A stretch of DNA of 64,000 nucleotides from Camelus ferus (lineage: Eukaryota): positions 3,286,001-3,350,000 of the forward strand of contig NC_045697.1 of assembly GCF_009834535.1 (NCBI RefSeq). Direction: 5' to 3'. Of this stretch, positions 47,456-59,550 are shown piece by piece. Every line of letters begins with the position of its first letter. The stretch's first letter is position 1. Below the pieces are notes generated by a model. The model ran no database searches, had not been told where the DNA came from, and was given only the letters and a program-made list of their open reading frames with translations. The translations under genes and the position numbers were made by a program.

Positions 47456-49970
47456 CTCCGTGGGAGCATCTCCACTGCCGCTGCCCAGCACACCCACACC
47501 AGGCCCTGCAACAGGCAGGGAGTATGGCGGTTCCCGCCCCGGAACCCCTTGTTCCTGGGCTTTGAGGACCATGTGAAGCTCCGCATTTACACACCTCAGG
47601 TAGAGCCTGCGGGACATGACAGGCATTGACCTCTGGGCCTTCCTGTTTGTTAAGATCCCCAAAGATGGTATTTGGGGAAGGCCCTCGGTCTACTGATTAG
47701 AAGCAGCCATCACACGAGAAGACTTGTGAGCAAGCGGGCTCTCGAAAGAGTCAAGAGCTCTGGGAACACAGGGAGTTGCGTTTTGCACCCTTTGAATGCT
47801 GGGAAACAGTTCTGGTAAAACCGCAGTACACCCCAGCCAGGCCTGTGTGGGATGTGGTGGGGTGACCTCTGCCCGCCCCGCCCCGCTCCGTGACAGAGGC
47901 CCTTTACTTGTCCCACAGCTGCGCAGGCCTTGGAGCCAACAGGAGAGGAAAGCCGAGGCTTTATGGGTGAGCCCGGGCTGGAGCAGGGAAGCAGACTTGA
48001 AAACGCCTGGGGACACACAGGCGGACAGACTGCCCACAGAGCGGTCACTGGCACAGCCACTGGCCACAGGCAGAGGTGGCCCTGGCCCAGGGCTGCTGCT
48101 ACAGGCGGTGTGACCTAGGATGAGTGCCTTGGCCTCTCTGAGCCTCAGTTTCCCCCTCGGTAACATGAGGGGAAGGCAGTCGGGGCGGCTGTGCAGATTT
48201 CATATGATGATGCATTCAGACCCACAGTCTGGTGCCTGGGGGATGGTCAGTATTCATGACGCGGCGGCTGCTGGGCGGCCGCTATGATTTTGTTCCAGTG
48301 CCGCTGAGAGACTAACAGAGAGGCCATGCCCCGGGGCCCGGTGTGGGCCCAGAATATAGCAGGTCTCCCAGCCCTGTGCTGCCCCCCAGCCGCGGCCCCC
48401 CCAGGCCACTCTCACAACCTCATTCATTGTTTAAGCTTCTCAAAACATGAAGGGCCTTAGTCTCAGATGGAGCACAGGGCTTCGGCAGTTCCCGCTGTCG
48501 GCTCAAGGACAAAGAACGCCTTGCAGGGGCCTCCCTGCTTGCGAGAGGGGCCGCAGCCCCGCCTTGTCACTGCTCTCTGTGAAAGCCTCCCAGCCCCGAG
48601 CGGACAAGCGTCTGGCGTGATTATCGCTCTCACGTAACAGCTCAGAGCGATCTGAGCAACTTGGGGGAAGAAACAATGAGATTTGCCCGAGACAATAACA
48701 CGTTTGAATGATGCCAACTTAACTTCAGCGTCTGTGGGTTGTTTCCCTCTTTGGCCCGAGAGGTCTCCCGGGAGCCCGGCAGGGCCAGGACCGGACGCAC
48801 CAGCAGAGACCCCCGTTCTGCCAGTTCCCAGACCACCCGGCTCAGAAATCCCACCTCCTCGCCCTTCCCGCCACCACCCTGACCCCTTGGGGCCGAGAGT
48901 TGACACCAGTGGTGAGGCTTGTGACTGATGCCGCACTCCAGTTTCTGGAAGGAACCGGGCCCTCCCGGGGCGGCCGCATCAGGAGAGAGCCACACACTGC
49001 GGCCCCAGGGTCCAGAGGAGGGTCAGAGGCTCCCCTCCAGCCTGTGACTGTAAGGCAGCGAACTAGTTCCCATCCTGATTAGCATGAAGATACAAAAGGA
49101 GCTGAAGGGGGATGGGGAGTTCTTTCCTCGGTGTTTGTCCCCCGGGGAGACAGGGCTGTGGCCTGGGGGGAGGCCTGTGCAAGAGCGGGGTGGGGGGGGC
49201 CCCAACGAGATAAGAGAGGAACAGGATATGGTGCGTGAGCGCGCATGCTCAGGACAACGCGGTCTGCTGGGAAGAGCACGTGTGTGGCCGTGCACACCTC
49301 CAGAGGCAGTTCACGCAGTGGGATGGGTGGGTGGGCTCTGAGCCGCGCGCCCGGCTTCCCCTCCCTCTGCCGCCAGAGCTTGGCCAAGTCTCATCCTCCC
49401 TGGGCCTCGCCCGTTCGTCCAACAAGCATCTCCTGAGCCCCTGAGCTTCCTGGCTGGTGCAGTCGGACTGGAGCATCACTCATATCTACTGCTGAGCGGC
49501 TCCCAAGAGAGAATTCCAATGGAGGGGGGTACCCCGGGCAGGAGTGCAGGGCCGAGATAGGTAGGGGCTGAGCAAGTCATGGGGCAGTTAGACATGGGCT
49601 GAATCAGGACCAGGACAGGAGGGGAGGGGAGGGGAGTTGGGGATGGGGGCAGTGGACCTACTGTGTGTCGGGCACTGGGCCAGCTTTACGTGCATTAGCG
49701 CCTCTCCCTACTGTGGGGGAAGTAGAGGCTCAGAGAGGGAGACTCACCTGTGCAGAGATGCACAGCAGATTCATAGGCACACACATACCTGAAGGACACC
49801 AGGTCCCAACTCCCAACCGTTTCCTATGCAGAGAGGACACCCTGGAGGTCCCTCTGCTACAAGGAGGGCAGGGCTGGGGTCAGAGAGAAGGCGGGGACGC
49901 TGAGCTGGGGGCCGAGGGGGCTGACTTTGCCTTGCTGGGACTCCCGAGGTCCCGGTGGGGGCACGCTCAC

Positions 49971-50044
49971 CAGAACACGTGGTCTTTGGTCACTCGCTCC
50001 TGCAGAAGTGTCCACTTCTTCCCCAGGTCAGACGATACATAGAG
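49971..50044 (-). CDS. SORCS2: SORCS2 exon 5 (74 nt): LYVSSDLGKKWTLLQERVTKDHVF(W)
   Basis: Acceptor ctatcctaaag|CTC, donor TG|gtgagc; Asp-box SSDLGKKW. Confidence 0.96.
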
Positions 50045-51019
50045 CTTTAGGATAGAAAAAAGAGAAACTAAAGTTTGGTCGTGATGTGAGGAATGAACCT
50101 CTCCCAAGACCCTGATCTCCCCTGGGCGCTGAGTGCCCGGGGAGGTCGGTCCTGTCCAGCCCAGAGGAGGCCCTGTTGTTGGTGGGCCCTGCGCTCCAGG
50201 CGGGCACAGACCAACCTCCGTGAGGCGGAAGGTCAGGGTCAAGGGCTTCATAAAGATCCATTCTGGACCCCAGGCCAGGTCCAGAGATGGGGCAGGTGAG
50301 GTCCCTGGAGGTGTGTCGGAGCACAGGCCACAGGCCGGACTTGAATGTCCCTTGTAAAAGGTCGGAGGTGGGGCGGCACTCGGGAGGAGGGAGGAGGAAG
50401 TGTGGGACGGTCAGTGCAGGGGGAACCGCAGGGGCCCCTCTGCAGGCTGGCTGGGGCCTTGACCACCGCAGGAGCCCCGGCCTGCGCTCACCAGGACCGC
50501 GCTTGGGGCTTATGCTCTGCGCTCGCTGGCTTGAACGACACTGTAACTTTATCTTTGGACTTGAGCTCTGCAAGAGCCTGTGTAGCGCTAGGAGCCGGGT
50601 TCCCACGGTCCGGCCTGCCCGCCTCCCAGGACAGACCCTTGGCTACCTGCCCGCGGCCCTGCCTCCTCCAGGGGGCTGCCATCCCCGACCCCGGGGGCCT
50701 GGGCTCGGCAGGGTGAGGGTCGCGAGCTGAGTCATGAGGCCCTGGGGGCCTGGAGGGTCTGCACCAGCCCTGCCCCTGTCCCTGTGCACAGGGAGCATGA
50801 CGTTAAATAGCTCATAAAAACACCACGACAGCTTGAAGGAGAGACTGCGGAAGGAAGGAGAAAGGGTTTGGCCTGAGTTTTAACCGTTTCTCATCTTGTG
50901 CTGGACTCTGCCTGAGACCAGCAGACAAGATAAGGAGATTGGGTTGGGGGAGCCGGCAAGTACGCTCCCAGCCTCCCTTGCCTGTCAGGTCCCGGCCCCA
51001 CGGGACTGGCGAGCAGGTG

Positions 51020-51078
51020 CACACAGACACAGACACACATACACGGACACACACACACACACAGACACACACACACTC
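51020..51078. repeat. (CA)n-rich microsatellite
   Basis: acacagacacagacacacatacacggacacacacacacacacagacacacacacac. Confidence 0.9.
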
Positions 51079-52119
51079 ATGGGCTCCTGGCCACTGCAGG
51101 CTCTCCCCTCCCCTCCAGCCTGGGGGCCTGTGGTGGCCACAGCCTCTGCTCTGGAGTAAACCGCCTTCCTGTTTTGCTCCTGCAGCCCTTCCAATGCCTT
51201 TGTGACAAATTCCGTGTGTTGTGTTCCCCCTGGGCACTATCTGGAGCTTCCTCATCTCCTCCCTGGACGCCGACTGTTGCTGGGCATCAGACCATCATAG
51301 GGGTCATGGGGATGTCTGCAGGCAGAGGAAGGCAGAGGCCATTCCAGGGGGGAGGGGACACTCGAGCCCAGACCCTGGAGTAGGACATGCATGTGAGGTG
51401 ATCAGCAAGTAGTAGGTGCTCAGCAAACAGCGGATACGGCCCCACGTGGGGGCTTCAGGTGGCAACCCAACCCCCACCCCGAGAAGGATGATGGGTCACT
51501 TCTGGTCCTTTGTCTGGGCCACCTGAGTGGCCAAGCCTGGTCCCTCCCCCTCACATCTCACTTTACCCATCTGTAAATCGAGAGAGCGTAGCTCATATCC
51601 TTAAGCAATAAGGGAATAAAAAAATGAGCCTGTGGCTGTCAGTTTCCAGGAGCCAGGTTGCAAAACCTCCACATCAAAGGCGGGCGTCATCGCTGCCGTC
51701 ACCGCCGATGCACCTGTGCGCACCTGTGTTTATGACACCTGCCCCAGGACTTTATGAAGCCTTTCCCATTTGCTCTCACGGGAAGTGGTTTTATAATGCA
51801 CAATTACTGCAGAAATAGAACATCTCTGCTTAATAAAAGACAAACACCAGCAAATAAACAAGAACAAATGGATCAGGGACATCCTAGTTACTGCAGCTGA
51901 AACCCGCACAGCGATGTCCTAGGGAGGGGTGGGCTCCGTCTAGATGTCCCTCTAAGAAAGGGGTGGAGGTGGCAGACCAGAACACACAGGCCTCTCTGAT
52001 GTAAGGATAAAATGATCAGAAGTCAGAACAAGGGAGCCGTAAAGGAAACGCAGGGGGCTGAGGTCAGGGAAGGTGCGTTTGCAGGCACGTGTGCTGGGAG
52101 GTCTTACGCGATTGTTAGA

Positions 52120-52560
52120 GGCACTGCTGTTCCCCCTAGGTTGGCTGGAACTCAGCACCCTTCCCTCCCTGCTGTGGGGCACTTGGTCCTACTGCAAAGG
52201 CTGAAAAGCTGAAACCCAGCATTGCTCAGACTCCCTTGCAGCTAGAGTTCTGGGTCCGCTCTATGCACTCGTGAGAGGTTTCGAAGGAGAAAGTGCCTCG
52301 GGGGCATCTCCCTGCTGCCTGGGGCCATTTTTGCTGTCCAGCAAGGTGACGGGGCCACGCTGGGCATCCATCCTCCAGCAGGGTGGAGGGGTGGGTGTGG
52401 TGGAGGCAGGAGCTGGACTCTGCATTCCAGTGTCCAATCTCTGACTTCGTGGATGTTCCTGGGTCATGTGGGCTGCGACAGTGGTGATTTCAGATGCCTG
52501 GATTCCGGCATCAGCTGTATGTTCTTGACCTTGGTAACCCCAGCGGAGCTCCCAGGCCCC
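52120..52560 (+). mobile_element. Probable old MLT1 LTR fragment
   Basis: ctactgcaaaggctgaaaagctgaaacccagcattgctcagactcccttgcagctag motif; boundaries uncertain. Confidence 0.45.
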
Positions 52561-53719
52561 CACCTCCTCCCTGCTGGTTCAGCTTCTGGGAGGATCCTTA
52601 GGGGTCTGGCCTGAAGTCCCCTTCCAGCCCTCCCAATGGTTTAGAGACGACTCAGTACCTCATGCTACACCCTTTTTCTGGATTTCTAAAATACCCAGAG
52701 TGAGGTCTCTCCTGCCTCGAGCCCTGTCAGATACAAGGGGCAGAGCACAAAGGCCCACACACGGCGAGGGGTGCGATTCTCACTGCCCACAGAATGGTTC
52801 TGCGACTCAACAGAAGCCCAGTTTCTTCCCGATTCTGAAGTTTTCTGGTCAGAGAAAGCAAAACAGGGCATTGCAGCGTGTGGCCCTGCGGGGCCGCCCA
52901 TCAGCTCTCTCTTGTGGGAGCTCTTGCCCACCCAGCCCCACTGCCTTGGCAGCGCTCTCCCTCCTCTTCAGCCTGGATAAATGCAAGCAGTTTCATGTGG
53001 ACTGGAGGATGGCGGGACTTCATTTTTCTTTTCTTGTGTGATCATCTTTGTCATTCTGAGATCAGACTAAGAAGTAAGCTTATATCCTGGCCCATTCTCT
53101 AAGTCCTAGTTCAACAACTCCTCCTCCAGGATGGCTTCCCTGACTGGCCACTCACAGTGTCTTTGCTCCTCTATGAAGTTTCTGGAAGGCAGTGCCAGGC
53201 TCAGACCAATTTCCGACGGTGCTAGGAAGCGGGTTCTTGATGGGAAGCAGAATGAATCAGAAGAGTGGGTCTATCAGTATTTCAGAGGTCAGTGCCCAGG
53301 GCTCTGCCTGTGAGCAGCCCCCAGGTCTGGGCCCCGGGGAACATGCTGGTCAGTTTCATGCCAGGGTCCCCAGCGAGCTGGCGTGGGAGGGGACTGGCCA
53401 GCTCTCACATCCTTTTGATCCCAGCAGCCTAATGCATTCTTCTGAGCCTTGAAAGAAAAACCACTGCATGAGGCTCTCCCCCAAGAAGGCTGTCCAGGCT
53501 CCAAATAAGGTAGTCTCAGAGCACACCAAGCGATAACGACGCAGTGAAGGAGGGAAGTGGAAGTGGGAGGACAGGGCAGACTGAGGATGGAAGGACAGTC
53601 TGTTTGCTAGAGGGGGGGGGCAGGCATCTTGGAGGGAAAAGGAAGGGAGAACACAAGGGAGCATTTGGTTTTGCAGAAATCGGCAAGTCCTACTGAGAGA
53701 GGTGTTTATGTCCTACCCG

Positions 53720-54064
53720 CTGACTCTGGGAATGGCACGTGACTAGCTTAGGTCTGAGGTGTGTGCAGCGACGTCTTCCAGGTCAAATCAGACATGCAAA
53801 AGTTCTTGGGCTGTTTCCTCTGCCCCCAGAGCCTCTGCCCTCCATCCTGAGAACAGCACATCCCCAAGTAACCAGTGGCCCCAGGATGAGAGACCCAAAC
53901 TGTACCAGGAGCCAGGAGCCACGCCCAGCCAATCCCAGTCGAGCCCTATAGGACCCCAGCCGACTCACAGACCCAGGAACAAGAAAGGACGCCTGTTGCT
54001 GTGAGCCACTGAGGTCTGGGGCTGTGTGTTACTCAGCATTATAGCAGCAGACGCTGCCTATCAC
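53720..54064 (+). mobile_element. Old MLT1 (H/I/J-like) LTR
   Basis: MaLR 3' end: gttgctgtgagccactgaggtctggggctgtgtgttactcagcattatagcagcagacgctgcctatcaca. Confidence 0.65.
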
Positions 54065-55327
54065 ACCAGCTCTGTTGGAATCAAAGTCAGTGTTGTCCTA
54101 TCACAGCATCCTGCTTCTGGGGAGTTGGAGAACTTTGAAAACCATAAAGTCTAAAAAAAACCAAAAACCAAAAAACGACAGCCCTGCTGTCATTATTATT
54201 AATATCCTCAAATTCCTCATTCCTTTTACAACCACAGCTAAGCCTTTCTTCTGTGCTTTTTCTTTCCTTCTCGTCACAGAAAAGAACCAAAGAAAATAAC
54301 TGTTTCAGCTCCATTAATTTTTCAGGGGACCATAAATTAAAGAGCAATTGTAATGCAGTCAGTTTCTGCGGGAAAATAAGTGATTGTGCTTTACTCTAAT
54401 TACATGGAAGGCTAAGTAGTGCTATTAATACCCAGAAGCACACGCTGTCCCAAAGGAACGTGCCAGAGCAGAGGCAGCCCGCGAGGCTGGGGAATTTCAG
54501 GGACATCCGTCAGTCAGTGAGGACCAGACCTTGGCCCTGAGAGAAGACTTGCTTTGGCCAGTGGAGTGTGAGTAGACGTGCTGTCTTCCAGGTCAAAGCA
54601 GACACAATAAATTCAAGGCCAGCAAGGAAGCCAGGTCCTGCAGCCAGCCACGGCTCAGGCCAGCCGGGAGGCTCTGTCCCGAGGTCCCTATGGTAGACAT
54701 CCATCCGTTCATTCATCCAACTGCCATCCATCCACCCCTCCATCCATCCATCCATCCATCCATTTGTAAATCCAACCCCATCCATCCATCCACCATCCAT
54801 CCATTCAGTATTTTCAGCCAGGAACTTGCGAAAAAATGGTGAAAGGAGCAGGCATAGCCCCTACCCTCAAAGTCTCACCCTGAGGGAGGGTGTGTGTAGG
54901 GCACAGACAAAAATCAGACAATGGCACAAATGTATAATTACACATTGTGATCAGTCCCGGCAAAGAGGCACTGGCACCTGGGAGAGCGTGGAACCGTGGG
55001 GCCCATGCAGGCCTGGGGTTGTAAAGGAGGCTCTCGATGCGATTGGCTTCCACCTGCTCCAGACCCGTGCTCTGCCCTGCTCCTTCCTTCTCTGACCCTG
55101 GGGGCTGACCCTTGTAGACTGCATCCACAGACTCCTTTCCTCTGGCTTCTGGTGGGATTCAGACCAGCAGGAGACTGGAGGGCGGGAGGAGAGAGAGCCA
55201 GGGCACCAGGACGCCTGCTCTCCGACTGCCCAGCCACCGTGTGTAGCGGCTGAGTTACTCGATCCTGGGCCGGCCTTCTCCTCGGCCCTTTCCTTGTGAC
55301 TCTGGGGGCCGGGCCGCTAGTGGACAG

Positions 55328-55792
55328 AGTGGTAGGCTGAAAACCTTCCCCCCAAAAGATTTCCGTATCCTGATCCCTGGAGCCTGTGAATGGGACCTCG
55401 TGGAGCAAAACAGGACTTTACTGATGTGATTCAGTGGAGATCTCTAGGTGGGGAGATCACCCTGGATTATCCAGGTGGGGCAGAGGGGACATTCGCACAC
55501 GCACGCGCGCGCAGCGACATTTAGTGGAGCAGGGCGGGGCTGAAGACGCTGCCCTTTACAACAGAGTGACTCGTTCACAAGCCATGAATCCCAGAAACTG
55601 CGAGAGGCAAGGGCGGGGCCCTCGCCCTCCCCAGAGCCTCCAGCGGGAGCATGGCCCCGCAGACACCGTGTTCTTGGCCCCATGAAACTGATTTTGGACT
55701 TCTGGTCTCCAAAACCCTGAGAGAATAAATTTCTGTTGTTTTAGGAATTCATGTTTGTGGTCGTTTCTTACAGTGACCGAAGGAAACAGAGT
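55328..55792 (+). mobile_element. MLT1D-like solo LTR
   Basis: gtggtaggctgaa...ggggagatcaccctggattatccaggtgggg...gattttggacttctggtctccaaaaccctgagagaataaatttctgttgtttt. Confidence 0.8.
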
Positions 55793-56299
55793 GGCCTCTT
55801 TTGCTGGCCTGTGTCTCCCTCCTCATCCCTCAGTTCTCTCCTATGAAACGTCTGGCCCCGGAGAGAGCCCTCCCCTGCCTTCTCCTCCATCCCCCAACGC
55901 GGGTGCCCTGGGTTCCTGCAGGCGGCCTGCTGGACGGCCCTCGGAGGAGGGGGTGCTGATTTGGGGTCTGAAGGAGGATTCGCTCTGACAAGCTGAGGGA
56001 GAGCCGCGTGTGGGAGGGCACGTGCAATGTTCCGGCAGCAGAGGGAGGCCCTGCGGCCACTGTGCAGAGAGGGGTGGCAGAGGGGAAGGGTCCTGGTAAT
56101 TATCCACTATCCAGCCACCCGTCTCACACACACATTTGTGCCCAGGACCTCTCACCTCGGCCCCTCGGTCTCACACGAGGCACTGAAGCAGTGAGCTCCT
56201 GTCGGCGGGCACACAGGTCTGGGGGGCCCCAATCAGGGGTCTAGGTACCCCCTGGGGTACTCCCGCTTACGGGCCCCACGTGGCTGAGAGGCCCCAGGG

Positions 56300-56760
56300 C
56301 TGCTCACCTTGCTCTCCCGGGTGTAGGCCAGCACCTTGTCCTCCTCCCGGGGGTGGAAAATCAGCGTCTCCACAGAGAAGGGGATGAGCTGCTTCTGGAA
56401 GGTGGCGCCCTCGTCCGTGCTGAGGAACAGGCTCTGGTCGCGGTCGCTGAGCGAGGAGCTCACCAGGATGATCTGAAACACCAAGTGGGTGTGAGGCCTC
56501 CCCTCGCGCCGGGGGCGCCCCACCCCGCCCACTCGGGCCCAGGCACTCACTGCACCGCCCGCACGGACGCCCGGCGCCGCCCTGCACCCCTGATGCCGAG
56601 ACTCTGCTCGTGACCTGAGGGTCAAGGTTTCTGCCGTAAGTGACACGTTCCGCAGGGCAGAACCCGGCCCAGGCAGGTCTGAGGATCGTTTCAGGGACGA
56701 TCGTGCGCCAAGGAGATAAAGCGGGACGGTGGGGTGGAGGCGGTGGGGCTGACCCGGGAC
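56300..56760. promoter_or_regulatory. CpG-island-like patch over exon 4 and its upstream flank
   Basis: About 27 CpG in 56461-56760 by hand count, plus several in the exon. Confidence 0.45.
56308..56472 (-). CDS. SORCS2: SORCS2 exon 4 (165 nt, phase 0-0): IILVSSSLSDRDQSLFLSTDEGATFQKQLIPFSVETLIFHPREEDKVLAYTRESK
   Basis: Acceptor tgtttcag|ATC, donor AAG|gtgagc; BNR/Asp-box motif SxDxGxTF; lies within ORF 56233..56895. Confidence 0.96.
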
Positions 56761-56854
56761 AGCAGCCACCAGGAAGGGGAGCTCAGATGTGTGGCGGCGA
56801 AGGAGGTGGGACTGGAGTAACAGAGGGTCAAGTTCTGCAAGGCCTTGTGGGCAC

Positions 56855-57297
56855 TGTAGTGGGTTGAGTTCTGACCCCCAGGAAGAGTTGTCCACATCCT
56901 GACCCTCAGACCTGTGAGTGTGGCCTTCCCTGGAAACAGGGTCTCTGCAGGTGTGACTGTGTCAACAGTCTAGGGTGACATCATCTTCGATTTAAGGCGG
57001 CCCTAAACCCAGCGGCTGGTGTCCTTATTAGAACAGAGGAAGACAGGCACAGAGAGAAGACGGAACACGGAGGCGGACATCAGGTGATGCGTCTACACCA
57101 AGGAACGCCAAGGGCTGCAGGAGCCGCCGGAAGCTGGGAGGGGGCCTGGAGCGGGTCCCTGCAGCCCCCAGAGGGAACCGGCCTGGCCGACCGACACCTG
57201 CCTTTGGACTTCTGATTCCAGAACTGAGACAACAGATTCCTGTGGCTGGAAACCCCACTTGTGGTACTCTGTTACAGCTGTCCCAGAGCACTGATGC
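56855..57297 (+). mobile_element. MLT1A/B-like solo LTR
   Basis: tgtagtgggttgag...ggaaacagggtctctgcaggtgtga...tttggacttctgattccagaactgagacaacagattcctgtgg...ttgtggtactctgttacagc. Confidence 0.8.
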
Positions 57298-59020
57298 GGC
57301 CCCGGTGGGAGCTCTGCGAGAGGCATCTTACTGTCGATGGCCTGGGCAGCCTGTGTATGGCGGTGGGGGGGGGACCTGGGAGCAGGGCCATCTGGGACGC
57401 TGCCTCATCCTAGCTGGACGCTTTGGTGGCTCGGTCGGATTCCAACCTCCGTGATTCTCTACCTGGTTATCCCAAGCATCTGATCGCATGGGGAATGACG
57501 GGAGACACAGACGGTCGCGAGCGGCCCCAGCCCGACTCTGTTTCGAAGTCGGCAGGCAAGGTGCCACGGGGAGGACCCGGGGCAGCTCGGCCACGCACGC
57601 CTGCTCCTGCAAAAGGCCCTGTGGGGAGCCTCGCTGGGAGAGTCAGAAGCCACAGCCCCACGCAGGGTGTCGTGGCCGTGTCCTGCTCAGGGAGCTGGCC
57701 TGTGATTCCCTCCGGATTTGCCTTCTCTCCAGTTTCCTGTTCACACGAGAACAAGCCCTGTGGGGCTGCGAGGAGGGTGCCCCTGGTCACAGAAAGGTCA
57801 GAAGTCAAGGGTCAGAACAGGGCAGCTTGGCGGCCACTCGGTGGGATGACAGGACCCCCTCAGAGGGAGACACAAGAGCTCCTCTGTCCCTGGCACCAGA
57901 GAGGGTCTACCAGCTGGACGACTGGGACAGTGAAGGGGCCCTGGGCACGCGAGGTGGATGGGCCGTGAGCCGCGAGGTTCACCCCCTTGCAGAGCCGTGA
58001 CCGAGGCACACACTCAGTCTCCAGATAACCTGGTTCAAACTCCATGTCTGCAGACCAAATACCCTTCTGTGCCTCAGTTTCTTCGTCTATAAAATGGGGG
58101 CAATGACATGGCGCCTGGCACCCAGTGAGCAGACCCAGTAAAAGTCTACCACAAGTGGGACCAGCTTGTCCTCATTCGAGCTCTATCAGGTGACTGTTGC
58201 TATGCAGTTATCACTTCCGCTTGGCAGGTGGGGAAACTGAGGCACAGAGCGGAGACGCAAACTGCTACGGTCACAGAGCCATGCAGGATCGAGCCAGGGT
58301 GGGGATCGGAGGGTGACTCCAGGGCCCTGCTCTTAGCCATGCGCTCCAGGGCCAGCCTACACAGGACGGGCGTTGGAGCCGTGCTGGAGCTGGTGGGCGG
58401 AGGGGACTAGCCTGCCTCATGCACGGCTTTCCCACGGATGGTGAAGGGCATTGAGACCCTCTCCCCCCGCATGGCCTTCCCAAACCCCGACATTCCCCTA
58501 GAAGACAATGAGGCACACAGAGGATAAACCAACAGCCGCACACAGCTCCTGTCTCCTGGAACAAACTACAACCCAGCATGTTCTTCCTTTCCAGGGAAAC
58601 CTCAGCGAGCTCCCCAGCTAGCTTCCTTCATATCCTCCAGCACAAAACCCTTCTCTCCCCAGTGAACTGAGGGCCAGGGAGCCTGATTCCTCAGTGATTT
58701 TGATCCCTGAAAGGTGGACAAAGACATGCCCGGAGATACTCCTCGTTGTGTGGTTTCCATGCAGAAAAACGGAGTCAGGGGAGTGGGGATGGTTGGGGGA
58801 GCCATAGAGCAAGTAAAAGCACTTACAGAGAATGCTTAGTGACAAGAGAGCTCATGCACTCACGGAAAAAAGCAGGGCACAGAATTGTAAGCAGGTGAAA
58901 TTTCTTTACGTTTCACATTGACACAATTATAAGGAGGTATAATTTTGTCAATGATAAGTGTAGAAAAGTAAGTACAATTTTGTTAGTGGAAGAGGCACAG
59001 AAATAAGAATGGAAGGGTTA

Positions 59021-59490
59021 GTATTCAGCCATAAAAAAGAATTAAACTTGCCATTTGTCACAACATGGATGGGCATTAAGGGCATTATGCTACGAGAAAT
59101 AAGTCAGAGAAAGCAATACCGTGTGATCTCACTTATATGTGGAATCTAAAAGGAAAAAGGGAAAAAACCCCCAAATTCATAGACACAGAGAACAGACTGG
59201 TGGTACCAGAGTGGGGGTGAGACAGAAAGGTACAAACATCCAAGGGGATGGGGTGTACAGCCGGGTGACCATAGTAAATGATACGATGTGTATATTTGAA
59301 AGTTGCTAAGAGAGATCTTAAATGTGCTCATCATAAGAAAAGAAATTCTGTAGCTATGTGTGGGGACAGATGCTAACTAGACCTATTTTGGTGATCGTTT
59401 CACAATATAAACAAATAGCGAATCATTTTGTTGCACATCTGAAACTAATATAATGTTATACGTCAATCCCACCTGCCTTTAAAAAAAAGA
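59021..59490 (+). mobile_element. L1 3' end (L1MA-type 3'UTR) with short A tail
   Basis: tattcagccataaaaaaga...gccatttgtcacaacatggatg...cattatgcta.g.gaaataagtcag...tcacttatatgtggaatctaaaa; ends ttaaaaaaaaag. Confidence 0.85.
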
Positions 59491-59550
59491 ATGGAAAGAA
59501 ACACAGGGAGACATTAATAGTGGCGGGTTTCAAGTGGTGGGGTTTTAAGG

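Larger units (their letters stand above)
4467..56472 (-). other. SORCS2: SORCS2 gene segment (coding exons 4-14 and introns); gene continues beyond both window ends
   Basis: 11 exons with canonical AG/GT boundaries and compatible phases; the joined translation closely matches the recalled human SORCS2 Vps10p domain (VILVSSSLSDRDQ... to ...EPGDETLVMT). Confidence 0.97.
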
